A stretch of DNA of 21,323 bases, taken from positions 1 through 21,323 of the forward strand of contig NW_021836681.1 of the NCBI RefSeq assembly GCF_006345805.1, read 5' to 3'. Shown here piece after piece: positions 1 through 9,530 of the stretch. Source of the stretch: Octopus sinensis. Its lineage: Eukaryota. Made by a program: the position numbers and the translations under genes. The notes below the pieces were generated by a model that did no database searches, had not been told where the DNA came from, and saw only the letters and a program-made list of their open reading frames with translations. Every line of letters begins with the position of its first letter. The stretch's first letter is position 1.

Positions 1-7
1 TGCTGTT

Positions 8-359
8 AAGCAACAAGATGGGTAAGTGTGATTAGGTGATGGTCTAGGGCTTAGGGGCGGGAGACCCCAGACCTTGGAAAAAAAAACCTTGGTCGTCTTG
101 TTGTAGTCGAGGGCTCTTCGTTGACGCCGGACACCACTGGGAGGTGGCCTCCGAAGCCGCTGGAAATGGAGACCTCCAGGTCCAAATTAAGCAACAAGAT
201 GGGTAAGTGTGGTCTAGGGCTTAGGGGTGGGAGACCCCAGACCTTGGAAAAAAAAAACTTTGGTCATCTTGATGTAGTCGAGGGCTCTTCGTTGACGCCC
301 GACACCACTGACAGGTGGCCATCGAAGCCGCTGGAAATGGAGACCTCCAGGTCTAAATT
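8..359. repeat. Tandem duplication, units 8-188 (181 nt) and 189-359 (171 nt)
   Basis: Both units start AAGCAACAAGATGGGTAAGTGT and end CTCCAGGT(C/C>T)AAATT. Unit 2 lacks an ~11-nt segment after GTAAGTGT and has scattered substitutions. Confidence 0.95.
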
Positions 360-747
360 CTTGAACGGCTGCTGTTGTTGGTGTTGATGGTAGTGCCGTC
401 ATCAATTCTCATCGCTAATATCGTCGACGTAGTAAATTTCCTTTGATCTGCATTCCGCCTCTATTTATTATCATAGATGTTTACAGGTGATTACAATTGG
501 CATTGTTATTGCTGTTCTTGCAGACAGTGTCGCAGACGCCGTTGTTGTTATGGAAGTAATTGTTTGTTTAGCAAAAAGCAGTTCCATGTATTTGCCTATT
601 GATTCATCGCGGCATTGTTCTCTTGAGAAAATACACCGCGGTAAGTGGTAAGTATACACCACCACACCCACGCCTTAGTTCCTTACACAACACCGTCTCC
701 TACATACAACGGTCGACAAATATATGCACAGATGTAGGTAGGCGACC

Positions 748-1050
748 GCGCGCGCGCACACACACACATACATACATGCAAATACAAATGTATATTTTGT
801 ATATTTACACACATACTCCGCACACACACACACACAAGTATTTACTTTTATATATTTATATATAGACGGGTGTGCTCATTCACATATGTATGCATATGTA
901 TATGTGTGTGTGTGTGTGTATGTGTGCATATGTATATAGACATATGTGTGTATGTGTATATATATGTGTGTGTGTGTATATATGTGTGTGCGTGTGTGAG
1001 AGTGTGTTTAAATACATTTGCGTATTTGTATATTTATATATAATATATTT
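748..1050. repeat. Compound (CA)n/(TA)n/(TG)n microsatellite tract
   Basis: Read directly from the sequence. Confidence 0.9.
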
Positions 1051-1063
1051 GTATTCTTTTAAT

Positions 1064-1346
1064 ATTTTACTCTTTTACTTGTTTCAGTCATTTGACTGCG
1101 GCCATGCTGGAGCATCGGTTGTCAAGCGATGTTGGGGGGGGGGACGAACATATACACACACATACATATATATATATATGCATATATCCGACGGGCTTCT
1201 TTCAGTTTCCGTCAACCACATCCACTCACAAGGCTTTGTTCGGCCCGAGGCTATAATAGAAGACACTTGCCCAAGGTGCCACGCAGTGGGACTGAACCCG
1301 GAACCATATGGTTGATAAGCAAGCTACTTACCACACAGCCGTTCCT
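1064..1346 (-). mobile_element. SINE family A copy (tRNA-derived head) with internal deletion
   Basis: Minus strand reads head GGAACGGCTGTGTGGTAAG...GGTTCAGTCCC (A/B-box-like), an internal microsatellite, then tail CCAGCATGGCCGCAGTCAAATGACTGAAAC. About 113 nt are missing at 1111-1114 relative to the copy at 18522-18914. Confidence 0.9.
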
Positions 1347-1426
1347 CTGTGTGTGTGTGTGTGTGTTGTGTGTGTGTGTGTGTGTATATATGCATGTGTG
1401 TGTGTGTGTATATATTTGTGTGTGAG

Positions 1427-1620
1427 CGTTTGTTCCCACCACCATCACTTGACAACCGATGCTGGTGTGTTTACGTCCCCGTAGTCTAGCGGTTCGGCAA
1501 AAGAGGCCAATAGAATAAATGCTAGGCTTACAACGAATGAGTCCTGCGGTGGATTTGTTCGACTAAAGGCGGTGCTCCAGCATGGTCGCAGTCAAATGGC
1601 TGAAGCAAATAAGAGTAAAA
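1427..1620 (+). mobile_element. SINE family A, headless 3' half
   Basis: Aligns by eye to 20500-20684: TTGACAACCGATGCTGGTGTGTTTACGTCCCCG...GGCGGTGCTCCAGCATGG.CGCAGTCAAATG.CTGAA. Confidence 0.9.
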
Positions 1621-1671
1621 TAGTACACACACACACACACACGCACATATATATATATACACACACATATA

Positions 1672-1713
1672 TATTCTTTTACGTGTTCCAGTCATTTGAC
1701 TGCGGCCATGCTG
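1672..1713 (-). mobile_element. SINE family A tail fragment
   Basis: CAGTCATTTGACTGCGGCCATGCTG is the reverse complement of the family A tail. Confidence 0.85.
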
Positions 1714-1972
1714 TGTGCCTGTGGGTGGAATTGAGATCAGTTGCGTGCGAGTAAAACTATATACGGGCGCGTATATGTGTAAGTATACATAGACAGCGTG
1801 TATAATGTGTACATAAAATGTTAACAGATATTTTGATATCTGCTTCTAAACTGTGGAGTCATGTACAACACTTCTTTTCGCACGAAAAGTGAACATGTGT
1901 ACACACGTGTCGTGAGTGGTTACATATGTACTTTTACACAAGGCATTATTCGTTAATCCAACAGCTAAAATA

Positions 1973-2058
1973 GCGTAGGCATGATGGCTATTTCGTTAAG
2001 GGGCTCGCTTTACAGTCAAGCAATTTCAGGTTCAGTCCCATTGTGCCACAGCTTAGGC
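1973..2058 (+). mobile_element. Old, diverged family A-like tRNA head
   Basis: GCGTAGGCATGATGGCT...CAGGTTCAGTCCCATTGTG retains the B-box-like GGTTCAGTCCC. Confidence 0.55.
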
Positions 2059-2063
2059 ATCAT

Positions 2064-2196
2064 ATCCACTCACAAGGCTTTGTTCGGTCAGAGGCTATAT
2101 AGTAGAAGACATCTGCCCAAGGTGCCACGCAGTGGGACTGAACCGGAACCATGTGGTTGATAAGCAAGCTACTTACCACACAGCCACTCGTGCGCC
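2064..2196 (-). mobile_element. SINE family A head fragment
   Basis: ATCCACTCACAAGGCTTTG...GCCCAAGGTGCCACGCAGTGGGACTGAAC...ACCACACAGCCACTCGTGCGCC matches the other copies. Confidence 0.9.
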
Positions 2197-2197
2197 A

Positions 2198-2595
<398 letters not shown>

Positions 2596-2802
2596 ACGAG
2601 TAAGTATTTCATTTATGTCTTACGTATTTGTCGTGAGGAGGGGAAAATTCTTATGAATTAACCCCGAAATTGGGACCAATACGGTAATAACGGATTTTTT
2701 TAGAAATTTCTATCGGCTTGTTTCGAGACGCTTGAATTATAATGGTTATTGACAACTTTGTCTTTTTCGGCATATTTGGCATTAGAATTTTTCTTTTGCC
2801 TT

Positions 2803-2840
<38 letters not shown>

Positions 2841-2843
2841 CAA

Positions 2844-3050
2844 AATGTGACCTCGTGTGTACCGTTGGCGACTTTTTTCCTCTGTCTTCCCTTCTCGGGA
2901 TCTTTCCTTCTCCTATGTTTCCGACGAAGAGCTCCGCTCGAAACGTTAAACCCTCCTTCTTCCCTTCTTTCCTGAGCGTTCAATAATACTATATTTGTTC
3001 CACGTCCTCGCGTTGTTGTGTTTTTTTTTGTGTTTTCTTGTTTGGATTAA
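2844..3050 (+). mobile_element. ~210-bp element carrying a hammerhead-like motif, probable Penelope-like pseudo-LTR (copy 1)
   Basis: Homologous to the reverse complement of 5381-5596, with shared blocks GGGATCTTTC, the 33-nt core, TTCCTGAGCG, AATAATACT, TTGTTCCA, TTGTTGTGTTTTTTT and GTTTGGATTAA. The pLTR assignment is inferred from the motif type. Confidence 0.6.
2917..2951 (+). ncRNA. Minimal type I hammerhead-like motif (U4C core variant)
   Basis: GTTT-CCGACGA-A-GAGC(TCC)GCTC-GAAA-CG-TT^AAAC. Stem I is GUUU/AAAC, stem II is GAGC/GCUC, and stem III is a palindromic ACGU. The predicted cut follows 2947 (GUU). Confidence 0.6.
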
Positions 3051-3327
3051 CTTTATATATATATATATGTGTGTGTGTGTGTATGTGTGTGTCTGTGTGT
3101 GTGTGTGTGTGTGTGCGCGTGTGTGTGTGTGTGTGTGAACCACCGTTCAATGAATACCTAATGAGTGAAATCGGAAGACAAAAAACTGTGTGGAAGCCGG
3201 CTGCCTTTGCTTCGCTGAATAATTGTAACATGACCTATCCTGCTAGCGCTAAATAATCAAAGACTTGTCTCGTGGATATAAAGAAAATGCACAGGAAAAC
3301 AACAGGAAAAAGGTTGATGCTTTAGAT

Positions 3328-3420
3328 CAGTGTTTCTTGACCATTTTGTTTATCTACGGACATCTTTGATTTTTATTTTACTCGGAAGGACTCTCTTAGG
3401 CGTTCGCTGTTCAAATATCA
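3328..3420 (+). mobile_element. Left end of a probable hAT-type MITE (second copy 15924-16022)
   Basis: CAGTGTTTCTTGACCATTTT... aligns over ~90 nt with 15924-16022 (CTA(C/T)GGAC, TTTGATT..TATTTTA.TCGG). The CAG-start terminus suggests hAT. Confidence 0.5.
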
Positions 3421-3462
3421 AATATCGTGTTATATATTTATAATTACTATAGGGAGAGAGAT

Positions 3463-3851
3463 TTCTTTACTTGTTTCAGTCATTTGACTGCGGTCATGCT
3501 GGAACACCGCCTATTAGTCGAGCAAATCGACCCCAGGACTTATTCTTTGTAAGCCTAGTACTTATTCTATCGGTCTGTTTAGCCGAACCGCTAGATTACG
3601 GGAACGTAAACACACTAGCTTCGATTGTTACGCGATGATGGTGGGAGGGACAAACACAGACACACAAATATACACACACATACACACACACACACACATA
3701 TATATATACGACGGGCTTCTTTCAGTTTCCGCCTGCCAAATCCACTCACGAGGCTTTGGTCAGCCCGAGGTTATGCAGAAGACACTTGCCCAAGGTAACA
3801 CGCAGTGGGGCTGAACCCGGAAATAGGCTTCTCACCACACAGCCACTCCTG
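3463..3851 (-). mobile_element. Near full-length SINE family A copy
   Basis: Collinear with 18522-18914, with a short deletion in the head. Confidence 0.92.
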
Positions 3852-3879
3852 TATAAAACATATTTTATTATTTTATCAA

Positions 3880-3917
3880 GTTTCAGCTGGAAGCTGTGGC
3901 CATGCTGGGGCACCGCC
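3880..3917 (-). mobile_element. Tail fragment of a family A-related SINE
   Basis: GTTTCAGCTGGAAGCTGTGGCCATGCTGGGGCACCGCC resembles GTTTCAGTCATTTGACTGCGGCCATGCTGGAGCACCGCC. Confidence 0.65.
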
Positions 3918-4109
3918 ATTAAAATAGTTTCCTGTATTGTAGAGGTATAAGAAGTTTATTGCACCCAATATCTTATGCGGACATCCAATCGCAACATGGA
4001 CCTCGAATGAGTTCCAATACTTTAGATGAACCGGTGTTGGTTTGTTTACGTCCCAGTAAGACTCGATATGAAATAGTGTAGATATTAACTATGGTAAGAA
4101 GATAGTTTT

Positions 4110-4254
4110 CTAGTGTGCTACTACTAGTGCTGTTGGTATTAGTGACGGTGGTGGTAGAGGTAGTCTTAGTGGTCTTGGTGGAGTAGGTAGTAACAGTGAA
4201 GGAGTTGATGAGGGTGTGGTGAGGATGCGGGTGGTGGGAAAGTCATTGACGGTT

Positions 4255-4305
<51 letters not shown>

Positions 4306-4614
4306 ATTATGGTGGGGCTGGTGATGTTACTGGTAACAATGTTAGTGGCCGTGATATCGGTGGTGGTAGTGGTGGTGGCGGTGAAGGCGGTGGGGGAGTG
4401 GTGGTGATGATGGTTTGAATAAGAGGAGTAATACCATCGGAGTAGATGATGGTAATAGTAGTCGTAGTAGTAATATCAGCAGCAGAAGCGGTAGAAGTGG
4501 TAGTAAAGTTTGTAATGGTGAAATTTGTAGTAGTAGTAATAGTTGTAGTAGTGGCAGTAGTAGTTGCAGCAGCAGCAGTAGCCGCAGTAGTAGTAGTAGC
4601 AGTAGTAGTAGTAA

Positions 4615-4658
<44 letters not shown>

Positions 4659-4797
4659 ATTGTGGTAGTAGTGTTGATAACAATAGGTGTTTTTGGTGGT
4701 TGTTGCTGCAGCAGCAGCAGCAGTAGTTGTTGTAGTAGTAGTAGTATTAGTAATGGTGGTGGTGGAGGTAGTGATAGTGGTTGTGGTGGTGAGTGAT

Positions 4798-4829
<32 letters not shown>

Positions 4830-4903
4830 TGCAGCAGCAGTAGAAGTAGTAGTAGTAGTAGTGTTGATAACAATAGGTATTTTTGGTGGTTGTTGCCGCA
4901 GCT

Positions 4904-4984
<81 letters not shown>

Positions 4985-5060
4985 ATGGTGGTGGTGGAGG
5001 TAGTGACAGTGGTTGTCGTGGTGTTTGATGTAGTAGTGGTAGCAGCAGCAGCAGTAGCAG
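4110..5060. repeat. Compound trinucleotide tract (GTA/GTG/GCA)n with an internal higher-order duplication
   Basis: Read directly from the sequence. The anchor GTGTTGATAACAATAGGT.TTTTTGGTGGTTGTTGC occurs at 4671 and 4861. Confidence 0.95.
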
Positions 5061-5347
5061 CAGGTTGTGAAGCTAGCTGTGTCAGGGATCATACTGGGTT
5101 GCGGGTTGCCGCAGGTGGGGACGGCAAACAAATCGAGGTGGGGGTAGGTGTGAGGCAGTTGTCATAACAACATGCACCGCACCTCTGTTCTCTTTCGTGG
5201 GTACATTTTTATGGACTTAATGGTTAGGAATAGAGTAAATAAATAAATAAATAGATAATAAAAACAAAATTGAAAACTTGACCCCCTAATCCGTTCACAC
5301 TTAACACACGTCCAGCCTTCCCCATAAATGCACGTGTGTACATACAC

Positions 5348-5380
<33 letters not shown>

Positions 5381-5596
5381 ATTTTAATCCAAACGCGAAA
5401 CAAAAAAACACAACAACAATGGAACAATTACAGTATTATTATTAATAGGCGCTCAGGAAATGGAAGCAGGGAGGTATGACGTTTCGAGCGGAGCTCTTCG
5501 TCGGAAACATAAAGAAGGAAGAGAGAGGAAAGAAAGATCCCAGAGCGGGCAACAGGGATAGAGAAAAAAAACGACTGGTGTTTACGAGTTACACAT
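5381..5596 (-). mobile_element. Hammerhead-carrying ~210-bp element, probable Penelope-like pseudo-LTR (copy 2)
   Basis: Reverse-complement homolog of 2844-3050. Both end GTTTGGATTAA followed by (AT)n then (GT)n. Confidence 0.6.
5474..5508 (-). ncRNA. Minimal type I hammerhead-like motif (U4C core variant)
   Basis: Minus strand reads GTTT-CCGACGA-A-GAGC(TCC)GCTC-GAAA-CG-TC^ATAC. It has a GUC triplet and one U.U mismatch in stem I. Confidence 0.6.
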
Positions 5597-5679
5597 GGTG
5601 AAAGGCGGATGTTTACGATAACAAGAGCAAAGTGGGTTTTTAAAGGCAAAAGAGTGGAGACAAGGTTGGTAACAGCAGA

Positions 5680-8345
5680 TGTGTGTGTATGTGTGAGTGT
5701 GTGCGTGTGCGTGTGTGTATGTGTGTGTGTGAGGCGAGATAAAAAAACAAAAAATATATGTATGTGTTAGTGTGTGCGTCTGTGTGTAGGCGTGTGAGGT
5801 AGGGCGAGACGGTGTTCAGCATAGCAGACAAAGGTCAGTAGTAAGAAAAAGAAGGAAGGAAGGGAGGGAGGGGGGAAGGGGTGGGGGCGTATGTAGCGTG
5901 CCAGCATGTGTTGAGTGGTAGTGTGTGTGTGTGTCCAGTGTCGTGGTAGTATTAATGGCGAGTAGATTGAATGTGTGTAAGAGTAATGTATATATTTAAG
6001 CAATGTGTGTATATGTGGTGCGCGCGTGTGTAACGAAAGGGGGGGGGGGGGGGTTAGGAAAAAGGACTCCAGCTGAGGGGAAGATGGAAGAGTGGTCCCG
6101 CGGAGACGGGCGTGGGAAAACCCAACGACAGCGACGGTCCCAGGAACGGGGCGGGAGGTCTCGTCGGGTCCAAGAGCGAGGTGCATGCGGCGCGTATGCG
6201 TGCGCGAACCGCGCAAGCGCGTGTGTGCGCGCGACTGCGAGTGTGCGCGTAAGTATGTATGTGTGTGGATGTGTGAGTGTGTCTGTGTGTATGTCTGGGT
6301 GGCAGTGTGTCCGATGAATGTATGTGAGTATGTGTGTATATATGTGTGTGCATAGATGTATGTCCGTGTGTGTGTGTGTGTGTGTATGTGTATGAGTGTG
6401 TATGTATGTACGTGTGGGTGTGGGAAGTGTGTGTATGTGCATGTGTGTGCGCGTACATACAGGTGTGTGAGTGAGTGGTGTGTGTGTATGTATGTCTGAG
6501 TGTGTATGTATGTGTGTGTAGGATGCATGTATGTGTATGGGTGTATGTATGCGTGTGTGTATGTATGTATGTGTACGTGCGGTGTGTGTGTGTGTATGCG
6601 TGTAGGTGTGCGCGTGTGCATGCATGCATGCTTGTGCGTATGTGTGTGTGTGTGCATGTGTGTGGGTAATATGTATGTGCGTATATGTGTGTGTATGTGC
6701 GTACATGTGTGTGTGTGTATGCATGTGTGTGTATGTAGGTGTGTAGGCGTGTGTGTATAGGTGTATGTATGTAAGTATGTATGGGTGTGTCCGTGTATGT
6801 GTGTGTATGTATGTGTGTGTATGTAGGTGTGTGGGCGTAATGTGTATATGTGTGTGTAGGTGTGTGGGCGTGTGTATATAGGTGTATGTATGTATGTCTG
6901 GGTGTGTCCGTGCATGTTGTGTGGTGTGTGTGTATGCATGTGTATGTAGGTGTGTGTGTACATGTGTAATGTATGTGTGTATGCGTGTGTATGCGTGCGT
7001 GTGTGTATGTAGGTGCGTGTGTATGTGTGTGGGAGTGTAGGTGTGTGTGCGTGTGCGTGTTTATGTTGGTGTGTGCGTATGGAGTGTGAGTGTATGGGTG
7101 TTTGTCATGCATGTGTGTGCGCGTGCAGGTGAGTGTGTGTGTAAGTATGTTGTGTGTGTATGTTGTGTGAGTGTGTATGTGTGTATGTCTGTGTGTATGT
7201 ATGTGCGTATAGGAGTATGTATGTATGTGTGTGTATGTATATGGGTGTATGTATGTATGTGTGTGTGTGGCATGTGTATAAGTATATGTGTGTGTGCGTA
7301 TGTGTGTGTATGGTATGTGTGTGTGTTTATGTATGTGTGTATGTATGTGTGTAGGCGTGTGTGTGTGATGTAGATGTATGTATGTATGGGTGTGTGTCAG
7401 TGTGTGTTTGTGTGTGTGTGTAGGTAGATGTGTGTGTCTGAGTGAGGGTATGGCTGTGTAGGTGTGTGTGTGTATGAATGTAAGTGTGTGTGTATACAAG
7501 TGTAATGTATGTATGTAGGTGTGTGTGTGTGTGTATGTGTACGTGTGCGTGTGTATGTGTGTGTGTGTGTATGCGTGTGAGTGTGAGTGTATGGGTGTAT
7601 GTCTGTGTGTGTGTATGTCTGAAGTAGGTATGTGTGTGTATGTATGTATGTGTGTGTGTGTGCGGGTATGTGTGTGTGTGTATGTGTGTGTGTGAGTAGG
7701 TGTGCGTGTATGTATGTGGGTAGGGATGCATGCGATTGTGTGGGTAGGCATGCATACATACGCATGCGCACATCCGAAGCAAGCCCACACACACGAAGCG
7801 CGCTCACGCACACAACACACAAGCAGTACAACGCAAGCCCAAGGGGCCGACCAAGCCCCCAGCGCGCGCCAAGGCGCGCGAGCGCAAAGGCCCTCGAACG
7901 CCCCGCTACGCGGCAACCGAGGATCCATCAGCCAAAACCGGAAAGCAGAAAAGAGGGGGGGCTGCCTGGATGCAAAAAGGTGTATGTGTGTGTGCATTCA
8001 GTGTAAGGGTGTGCATGTGTGGGTATGTATGTATGTATGTGCCTACATGTATGTGTGCATGTGTGTGTGTGTGAAGTATGTACGTGCGGTGTGAGTGTGT
8101 GTGTATGTATGTGGATGTGTATGTGTGTGTGTATGTGTGTATGTATGTCTGTGTGTGTGTGTGTGTGTAAGTATGTATGTGTGTGTGTATGTATGTATGT
8201 GTGTGTGTATGTGCATGTTGGTTTGTATGTTAGTGTGTGCATGTATGTCTGTAAGTGTGTGTGATTAAATGTGTGAATGTATGTACGTAGATGGGTCTAC
8301 GTATGTGTGTGTGTGAACAGGCGTGTGGGAGGTAGGTGGGTGGGT
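5680..8345. repeat. ~2.7-kb degenerate (GT/GTAT)-rich array with two GC-rich interruptions (~6040-6250 and ~7770-7975)
   Basis: Read directly from the sequence. It is the source of the long HT-rich and CV-rich spurious ORFs. Confidence 0.9.
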
Positions 8346-8388
8346 GTGTGCGGGTGGTGTGTCCGGAAAAAAAAAAAAAAAACGGATC

Positions 8389-9446
8389 TCAAGAGGAGGG
8401 GGCTGTGTTAAGTCCGTGTGGGGTGGTAGTTTGTAGGGTGAAGATGTAGCGTTGCTCCAAGTGGAGCCTGGAAAGTGGGCGACCATTGTGGGGGGGCGAG
8501 ACCAAACACTGAGATGTCATCTAGGGAATGGCCGGCCGAGCGGAAGTGGCGTGCGACGGGAGAAAAAGAGTGTAGGCGAACGTCCCTCAAGTGTTCAGTG
8601 AAACGGTCGGACAACCGGCGTCCCGTCTGTCCTACATACAGCATCCCGCATAGGTTGCATTTAATGCAGTAAATAAGGCCAGACGAGGTGCACGTAAAAG
8701 AGTGCCTAATGCGTACAGTATGCAGGTTGGAGCCGGTGACAGCGGTGGTGTTGGTGATGAAGGGGCAAGTGTTGCAGTTTGGTGTGGAAGGGGTGGGAGG
8801 AAGAGAAGTTGAGATAGAGGTGGGAATCCGTAGGTTTAAAGAAGGCGGTGGTGGTGAGAGAGCTGGAGGGGTGATCGATGCGGAGAGAGATGTCAAGGAA
8901 GTTGACAGAGGTGTTGGAGATGGTGGAGGTGAATGAAGAGAGGAGGGTGAAAGTTGGAAAGGAAAGAGATGAATTGGCAGAGAAGTTCACGGGAAAGGGA
9001 GGTGGCCCTACGCAGTCGTCGATATAGCGACCGTATAGTTCGGGGGTCGGCCCAGAGAACTGGGAGAAACACTTGGGCCTCAATGTAGCCAGAAAGAGAT
9101 TGGCGAAATTGGGGCCCATCTAGTTCCCATCGCGACCCCGGACACCTGTTGGTACGTTTCCCCGGCGAACGTGAAGCAATTGGGGGTGAGGACGAGCTCA
9201 GCCAAACGGAGAAGGGTGGGGGTGCTGGGGGTGGGGTCGGGACGACGGTCGAGGAAGTGTTGGAGGGCTAGGAGACCGTCATTGTGGGGAATCACTGTGT
9301 ACAGGGATTTTACATCTAAGGTGAAGAGGAGGTGTGAGGAGCTGGAAGGGAAGGAAAAGGAATTGAAGAGACGGAGGGCGTGGTTGGTGTCGTGTATGTG
9401 GGATGGGAGGGCTGCGACTAAGGGGGACAGGATGCGGTCGAGATAT
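8389..9446 (-). mobile_element. Penelope-like retroelement fragment (RT + GIY-YIG endonuclease, Neptune-like), 5'-truncated, internally deleted, frameshifted
   Basis: RT motifs: LFTLDVKSLYTVIP, YQQVSGVAMGTR-MGPNFANLF, GRYIDDCVG, VNFLDISL, FKPTDSHLYLNFSSSHP. Endonuclease: CNTCPFI...FTCTSSGLIYCIKCNLCGMLYVGQTGRRLSDRFTEH...VARHF, then LEQRYIFTLQTTTPHGLN after a frameshift. The stop is at 8389-8391. The Cys-rich linker before GIY-YIG is typical of Neptune-group PLEs (recalled knowledge). Confidence 0.93.
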
Positions 9447-9456
9447 ATATGTATAA

Positions 9457-9494
9457 GGTCGCAGTCAAATGGCTGAAACAAAAGAATAAAAAGA

Positions 9495-9496
<2 letters not shown>
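9457..9496 (+). mobile_element. SINE family A tail fragment abutting the PLE 5' truncation
   Basis: GGTCGCAGTCAAATGGCTGAAACAAAAGAATAAAAAGAAT. Confidence 0.8.

Positions 9497-9530
<34 letters not shown>

Noticed and set aside
320-460. Minus-frame YYVDDI and NLDLEVSI resembling RT motifs
   Set aside because: The spacing is too short (~22 aa), two stops lie between them, and no other RT motif is present.
487-640. Possible plus-strand exon ending at CCGCG|GTAAGT
   Set aside because: The donor is good, but the peptide is low-complexity and unrecognisable and the acceptor is ambiguous.
1826-1893. Short hairpins CAGATAT/ATATCTG and CTTTTCG/CGAAAAG
   Set aside because: 7-bp stems are expected by chance in AT-rich DNA.
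2710-2745. Minus-strand CTCGAAACAAGCCGATAG as a further hammerhead remnant
   Set aside because: No core, no palindromic stem III and no valid cleavage triplet; too degraded to call.
4216-5167. Poly-T/V/S/Y/L ORFs in all frames
   Set aside because: Trinucleotide repeat artefacts with no unique start or splice context.
5085-5185. GC-richer segment resembling an RTE 5' UTR
   Set aside because: Based only on vague recall, with no second copy or ORF in the window.
5767-8264. Long ORFs of 398 aa and 647 aa (HT-rich) and the opposite-strand CV-rich ORFs
   Set aside because: They are translations of the GT/CA array, which lacks stops by composition. No domain content.
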